In this document: in pieces, positions 63,801 to 64,000 of the stretch | Position numbering within the stretch: the stretch's first letter is position 1 | Layout: each line of letters opens with the position of its first letter | Program-made: the position numbers and the translations under genes | Notes under the pieces: generated by a model | The model's input: the letters and a program-made list of their open reading frames with translations, nothing else | Database searches by the model: none | What the model was told of the DNA's origin: nothing | Assembly (NCBI GenBank): GCA_037379345.1 | Contig: CM074514.1 | Coordinates: 2,790,001 to 2,854,000 of the forward strand | Reading direction: 5' to 3' | Origin: Perna viridis | Lineage: Eukaryota | DNA: 64,000 nt

Positions 63801-64000
63801 ATTATCCATCATTACTGAGATTTCTGATGAGGATAAATTTGAAATGATAGATAAAGAAGACATGATGTCAGAGTCATTGTCAGATCGTCATTACAGCTCT
63901 CCTGATTACCCACCTCACAGTCCAGGCATGTTCAAAGGCAAAAGTGGTGAGAAAGATGATATTTCTGTTACCTCTTCACTGCTTGAGTTTGAAAGATTGG
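579..64000 (+). CDS. ANK2: Multi-exon giant ankyrin (ankyrin-2/UNC-44-like), partial: ZU5-ZU5-UPA, death domain and very long acidic tail; 5' ANK repeats and 3' end lie outside the window
   Basis: Exons join in frame via GT-AG sites and give ankyrin hallmark peptides [49 protein letters not shown] and a death domain. The symbol is the nearest conventional label; invertebrate ankyrins are co-orthologous to ANK1/2/3. Confidence 0.93.
1808..2065. repeat. Intronic minisatellite, 52-bp unit, about 5 copies
   Basis: tgagtctgtatccccaggtgtgtctgtaca(a/c)ctgtacctcattacactgtaa recurs at 1861, 1913, 1965, 2017. Confidence 0.92.
2135..2337. repeat. Direct duplication of about 93 bp
   Basis: acttctccacacataatctgatcagtttgataacttcacctgtta...caccagtaacaaca occurs at about 2135 and 2243. 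Confidence 0.85.
3510..4112. repeat. Intronic minisatellite, about 35-bp unit, about 16 copies
   Basis: gaccctgatcattgttgtggcctgtacattggtta repeated, degenerating at both ends. Confidence 0.92.
4210..4364 (+). CDS. ANK2: Ankyrin exon, ZU5-N C-terminal half ([33 protein letters not shown]...)
   Basis: ttacag| acceptor, G|gtaagt donor; PHFASLR and LRSDNG ankyrin motifs; in frame with previous exon. Confidence 0.95.
4345..4935 (+). repeat. About 74-bp tandem repeat containing the exon end and 5' splice site, interrupted by a MITE
   Basis: aggtaag donor copies with GT at 4365, 4439, 4721 and 4795; shared ccagtgtggat..ctggtacag core. Confidence 0.8.
4447..4657. mobile_element. MITE of about 210 bp with imperfect TIRs, copy 1
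   Basis: Ends (t)attgtgaa...ggggtaccaatttt and aaaattgataccc...ttcacagt are inverted; a homologous copy lies at 31547-31745. Confidence 0.75.
5204..5415 (+). CDS. ANK2: Ankyrin exon, ZU5-N/ZU5-C junction ([28 protein letters not shown]...[19 protein letters not shown])
   Basis: ttatag| acceptor, CAG|gtatgt donor; translated by hand (not in the ORF track on +); [18 protein letters not shown] is typical ankyrin sequence. Confidence 0.95.
6447..6651 (+). CDS. ANK2: Ankyrin exon, ZU5-C ([34 protein letters not shown]...LRVLYSIA)
   Basis: caccag| acceptor, G|gtaagg donor; [15 protein letters not shown] signature. Confidence 0.95.
7414..7437 (+). CDS. Candidate 24-nt microexon in ZU5-C (GSNHSLNR)
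   Basis: tttctctcttgtgctttcgctag| then 24 nt then |gtaaat; frame-preserving, stop-free, phase 1-1 matching the host intron. Confidence 0.5.
8290..8690. repeat. Intronic minisatellite, 36-bp unit, about 11 copies
   Basis: ctatctctttgtcagtccacatacactaactccaaa repeated; explains the [12 protein letters not shown] pseudo-ORF. Confidence 0.92.
9614..9710 (+). CDS. ANK2: Ankyrin exon, end of ZU5-C ([33 protein letters not shown])
   Basis: ttacag| acceptor, AG|gtaccc donor; [11 protein letters not shown] matches the conserved ankyrin segment. Confidence 0.93.
9721..9939. repeat. 43-bp tandem repeat, about 5 copies, starting 11 bp after the exon donor
   Basis: taggaactaa..ggtcactaattcaggtccagaccaata at 9731, 9774, 9817, 9860. 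Confidence 0.9.
9971..11276 (+). mobile_element. Degenerate HINE/Helentron-like non-autonomous element, probably with a nested insertion
   Basis: T-rich start with hairpin cccgtc-taa-gacggg, ccgtccatctgtc microsatellite, internal repeats of caataactcaaaaacac...tggtgaattgttcatatctat, 3' end gggtatt...tttctagtt like that at about 12900. Confidence 0.4.
11886..12114 (+). CDS. ANK2: Ankyrin exon, start of UPA domain (FWLMDC...[12 protein letters not shown]...[28 protein letters not shown])
   Basis: gtacag| acceptor, GAG|gttggt donor; highly conserved UPA motifs. Confidence 0.95.
12270..12905 (+). mobile_element. HINE-like element with 3-4 internal repeats of about 135-155 bp
   Basis: ctgtctgtct head; repeated aagggagataatcc and tagatgtgcatga (12497, 12652, 12788); 3' gggtattctc...tttctagtt. 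Confidence 0.55.
14245..14496 (+). CDS. ANK2: Ankyrin exon, UPA domain second half ([25 protein letters not shown]...[13 protein letters not shown])
   Basis: ttttag| acceptor, ACT|gtaagt donor; GNLxP and FxAFRENRL motifs; phase 0-0. Confidence 0.95.
16078..16156 (+). CDS. ANK2: Ankyrin exon, UPA-to-death-domain linker ([26 protein letters not shown])
   Basis: ttttcag| acceptor, G|gtataa donor; 79 nt, exactly converts phase 0 to the phase 1 required by the death-domain exon. Confidence 0.85.
16203..16644 (-). mobile_element. TRIM (miniature non-autonomous LTR retrotransposon) with tRNA-like LTRs
   Basis: Direct repeats 16203-16364 and 16459-16644, each TGT...ACA; 4-bp TSD CTGA on both sides; 94-bp internal part with minus-strand PBS-like TGG next to one LTR and PPT ggtgggggaaa next to the other. 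Confidence 0.85.
17570..17773 (+). CDS. ANK2: Ankyrin exon, death domain part 1 ([33 protein letters not shown]...MLQLWVDKD)
   Basis: tttcag| acceptor, G|gtcagt donor; W-x-x-L-A-x-x-L and ML-x-x-W death-domain pattern. A duplicated in-frame donor follows at 17881. Confidence 0.92.
17705..17889 (+). repeat. 77-bp duplication of the death-domain exon 3' end plus donor, offset 108 nt
   Basis: aaacagttaatgaccaagg...aaaggtcagtat at 17705-17781 and 17813-17889 with one mismatch. Confidence 0.95.
18782..18910 (+). CDS. ANK2: Ankyrin exon, death domain part 2 ([43 protein letters not shown])
   Basis: tatgtag| acceptor, G|gtataa donor; L-x-x-AL-x-x-IGR-x-D death-domain end motif. Confidence 0.93.
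19539..19639 (+). CDS. ANK2: Ankyrin post-death-domain exon ([34 protein letters not shown])
   Basis: tttttaag| acceptor, AAG|gtattg donor; phase 1 to 0, in frame with neighbours. Confidence 0.88.
19873..19890 (+). CDS. Candidate 18-nt microexon (LLGDFE)
   Basis: Poly-T ataag| then 18 nt then GAG|gtgaga; phase 0-0, matching the host intron. Confidence 0.35.
20364..20430 (+). CDS. ANK2: Ankyrin tail exon ([22 protein letters not shown])
   Basis: ctacag| acceptor, G|gtaaat donor; phase 0 to 1. Confidence 0.88.
20873..21037 (+). CDS. ANK2: Tail cassette exon A1 ([55 protein letters not shown])
   Basis: catatag| acceptor, G|gtagat donor; 165 nt, phase 1-1, open; paralogous to 22689 and 23541 exons. 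Confidence 0.8.
21835..21960 (+). CDS. ANK2: Tail cassette exon B1 ([42 protein letters not shown])
   Basis: ctccacag| acceptor, G|gtacca donor; 126 nt, phase 1-1. Confidence 0.8.
22689..22844 (+). CDS. ANK2: Tail cassette exon A2 ([52 protein letters not shown])
   Basis: ttattag| acceptor, G|gtagtc donor; 156 nt, phase 1-1; VD-x-RRP-x-A motif shared with A1 and A3. Confidence 0.75.
23079..23210 (+). CDS. ANK2: Tail cassette exon B2 ([44 protein letters not shown])
   Basis: tgtcag| acceptor, G|gtagag donor; 132 nt, phase 1-1. Confidence 0.75.
23541..23699 (+). CDS. ANK2: Tail cassette exon A3 ([53 protein letters not shown])
   Basis: tgtcag| acceptor, G|gtacat donor; 159 nt, phase 1-1; DEVVVQVD identical to A1. 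Confidence 0.75.
24102..24233 (+). CDS. ANK2: Tail cassette exon B3 ([44 protein letters not shown])
   Basis: cctcag| acceptor, G|gtatca donor; 132 nt, phase 1-1; EPQ..VTE....EK.SRPSS shared with B2. Confidence 0.75.
25086..25148 (+). CDS. ANK2: Tail exon ([21 protein letters not shown])
   Basis: ttttag| acceptor, G|gtacca donor; 63 nt, phase 1-1, GC-rich island in an AT-rich intron. Confidence 0.8.
25208..25340. repeat. Tandem duplication of about 65 bp
   Basis: tgcagcttaaaggacaattatact(t/c)caggtgcaactt(c/g)aggaagttttagcttcagttt occurs twice. Confidence 0.88.
25880..26400. repeat. Intronic minisatellite, 30-bp unit, about 17 copies
   Basis: taggccctggagtataaccatacacattta repeated; explains the [10 protein letters not shown] pseudo-ORF. 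Confidence 0.95.
27740..28630 (+). mobile_element. HINE (Helentron-associated non-autonomous element) of the type common in bivalves
   Basis: Starts ttttttagctcacctggcc...gtgagct (5' IR), (gtc)n microsatellite, two internal repeats about 330 bp apart, 3' gatgagc subterminal IR, hairpin aggctcc-tg-ggagcct, T-run end. Confidence 0.75.
28838..28970. repeat. 39-bp tandem repeat, about 3.5 copies
   Basis: taaggagatatctccacatggcatttattaccagggt recurring. Confidence 0.88.
29496..29636 (+). CDS. ANK2: Tail exon ([47 protein letters not shown])
   Basis: gctaac branch-like site plus atcag| acceptor, G|gtattt donor; 141 nt, phase 1-1. Confidence 0.78.
30282..30447. repeat. 33-bp tandem repeat, 5 copies
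   Basis: taaagttcacatgttaattatatctattaccca recurring. Confidence 0.92.
31547..31745. mobile_element. MITE, copy 2 of the family at 4447-4657
   Basis: Shares tgtgaaa...gtggggta.caatttt, gaaatttggttcccaa, aatccacaaactt and aaaattg.tacccatgaat with copy 1. Confidence 0.75.
32408..32502 (+). CDS. ANK2: Candidate alternative terminal coding exon of a short ankyrin isoform ([31 protein letters not shown])
   Basis: tttttatctcatttcag| acceptor, phase 1 entry, GC-rich open frame ending in TAA, followed by about 4 kb of AT-rich UTR-like sequence with several AATAAA. Confidence 0.7.
33512..33795. repeat. 31-bp minisatellite, 9 copies, in the putative short-isoform 3' UTR/intron
   Basis: attttaggcagctacagcctatagtgttga(t/c) repeated. 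Confidence 0.95.
36658..38394 (+). CDS. ANK2: Large tail exon, 579 codons, Ser-tract/acidic repeats
   Basis: atttcag| acceptor, CCA G|gtattt donor; 1737 nt, phase 1-1; within ORF 36612-38402. Confidence 0.85.
37027..37170 (+). repeat. Coding 72-bp (24-aa) tandem duplication
   Basis: [24 protein letters not shown] followed by [24 protein letters not shown]. Confidence 0.9.
39763..40332 (+). CDS. ANK2: Tail exon, 190 codons ([17 protein letters not shown]...LPSRDSLEP)
   Basis: Tandem cag-cag-aag acceptors (start 39763, 39766 or 39769), G|gtaaag donor; 570 nt, phase 1-1. Confidence 0.8.
41836..42555 (+). CDS. ANK2: Tail exon, 240 codons with three DGT-V/I-V/H repeats ([10 protein letters not shown]...GDEILPEQ)
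   Basis: cttccttccttgcag| acceptor, G|gtaaaa donor; 720 nt, phase 1-1. Confidence 0.85.
43059..43175 (+). CDS. ANK2: Tail exon ([39 protein letters not shown])
   Basis: atacag| acceptor, G|gtatca donor; 117 nt, phase 1-1, open. Confidence 0.75.
43827..43922 (+). CDS. ANK2: Duplicated mini-exon C1 ([32 protein letters not shown])
   Basis: acacag| acceptor, G|gttagg donor; 96 nt, phase 1-1; near-identical peptide to 45082-45174. Confidence 0.82.
45082..45174 (+). CDS. ANK2: Duplicated mini-exon C2 ([31 protein letters not shown])
   Basis: ttttgaag| acceptor, G|gtcagg donor; 93 nt, phase 1-1; differences from C1 are almost all synonymous. Confidence 0.82.
45413..45602. mobile_element. Degenerate TA-flanked MITE
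   Basis: tacagtgtattctgtcta at left versus tagataggtttcaatgta at right (imperfect TIR); internal tgaacacctgtctaaac repeats. Confidence 0.45.
47117..47363. mobile_element. Palindromic MITE-like element with inverted arms of about 70 bp
   Basis: tgtacaataaggattatctcccttgaaaagtaatca...taagtgccctcatga pairs with tcatgagggcactta...tgattacttttcaagggagataatcctaattgtaca. Confidence 0.8.
47871..47877 (+). promoter_or_regulatory. Consensus branch point TACTAAC for giant exon 1
   Basis: Perfect TACTAAC followed by an AG-free pyrimidine tract up to the acceptor at 47935-47936. Confidence 0.7.
47937..54692 (+). CDS. ANK2: Giant exon 1, 6756 nt / 2252 codons, Glu-rich disordered
   Basis: TACTAAC branch point at 47871, long pyrimidine tract, ttatag| acceptor, CAA G|gtagag donor; phase 1-1; within the 2281-aa ORF. 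Confidence 0.9.
48510..48730 (+). repeat. Coding 39-bp (13-aa) tandem repeat [13 protein letters not shown], about 5.5 copies
   Basis: Visible in DNA and in the ORF translation. Confidence 0.93.
50165..50440 (+). repeat. Coding 33-36-bp repeat [35 protein letters not shown], about 8 units with a 3-unit higher-order period
   Basis: Visible in DNA and in the ORF translation. Confidence 0.92.
55578..56162 (+). CDS. ANK2: Tail exon, 195 codons ([15 protein letters not shown]...[10 protein letters not shown])
   Basis: atttcag| acceptor, CCA G|gtagtt donor; 585 nt, phase 1-1. Confidence 0.82.
57894..57962 (+). CDS. ANK2: Small tail exon ([23 protein letters not shown])
   Basis: tttttctctacaag| acceptor, G|gtacaa donor; 69 nt, phase 1-1. 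Confidence 0.7.
58424..58430 (+). promoter_or_regulatory. Consensus branch point TACTAAC for giant exon 2
   Basis: Perfect TACTAAC ending 14 nt before the exon start at 58445. Confidence 0.65.
58445..64000 (+). CDS. ANK2: Giant exon 2, >=5556 nt (>=1852 codons), open to the window end ([14 protein letters not shown]...[13 protein letters not shown])
   Basis: TACTAAC at 58424, gtttag| acceptor, phase 1 entry. Frame +1 was open in every stretch I translated, and the ORF track lists no stop-terminated frame +1 ORF here, as expected if no stop is reached. Confidence 0.9.

Noticed and set aside
63135-63863. 242-aa minus-strand Ser-rich ORF and other minus or alternate-frame ORFs over the large exons
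   Set aside because: Shadow ORFs of the Glu/Asp-rich + strand coding frame.

Overview
AT-rich metazoan genomic DNA, probably from a bivalve mollusc (inferred from the repeat families). The whole window is the middle and 3' part of one + strand ankyrin gene (ankyrin-2/UNC-44-like); the ANK-repeat exons lie upstream and the 3' end runs off the window. Exons from 579 to 20430 splice in frame with GT-AG boundaries and encode ZU5-ZU5-UPA, a linker and the death domain. After the death domain comes a long acidic, disordered tail made of 17 complete frame-symmetric (phase 1-1) exons, one of them 6,756 nt, plus a second giant exon (58445 to >64000, >1,850 codons) that the ORF track misses because it has no stop in the window. 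A separate candidate terminal exon (32408-32502) ends in a PDZ-type ETGV*. Highlights: a three-fold duplicated A-B exon pair; two duplicated mini-exons with conserved protein, diverged codons and PxIxIT (calcineurin-docking-like) motifs; candidate LIR, RVxF, LxxIxE and FFAT motifs in the giant exons; two candidate microexons; and an intronic miniature LTR element whose LTRs contain a tRNA-like sequence. Introns also hold many minisatellites, MITEs and HINE-like elements. Exon calls come from manual reading of splice signals and frames without transcript data, and motif functions are inferences.
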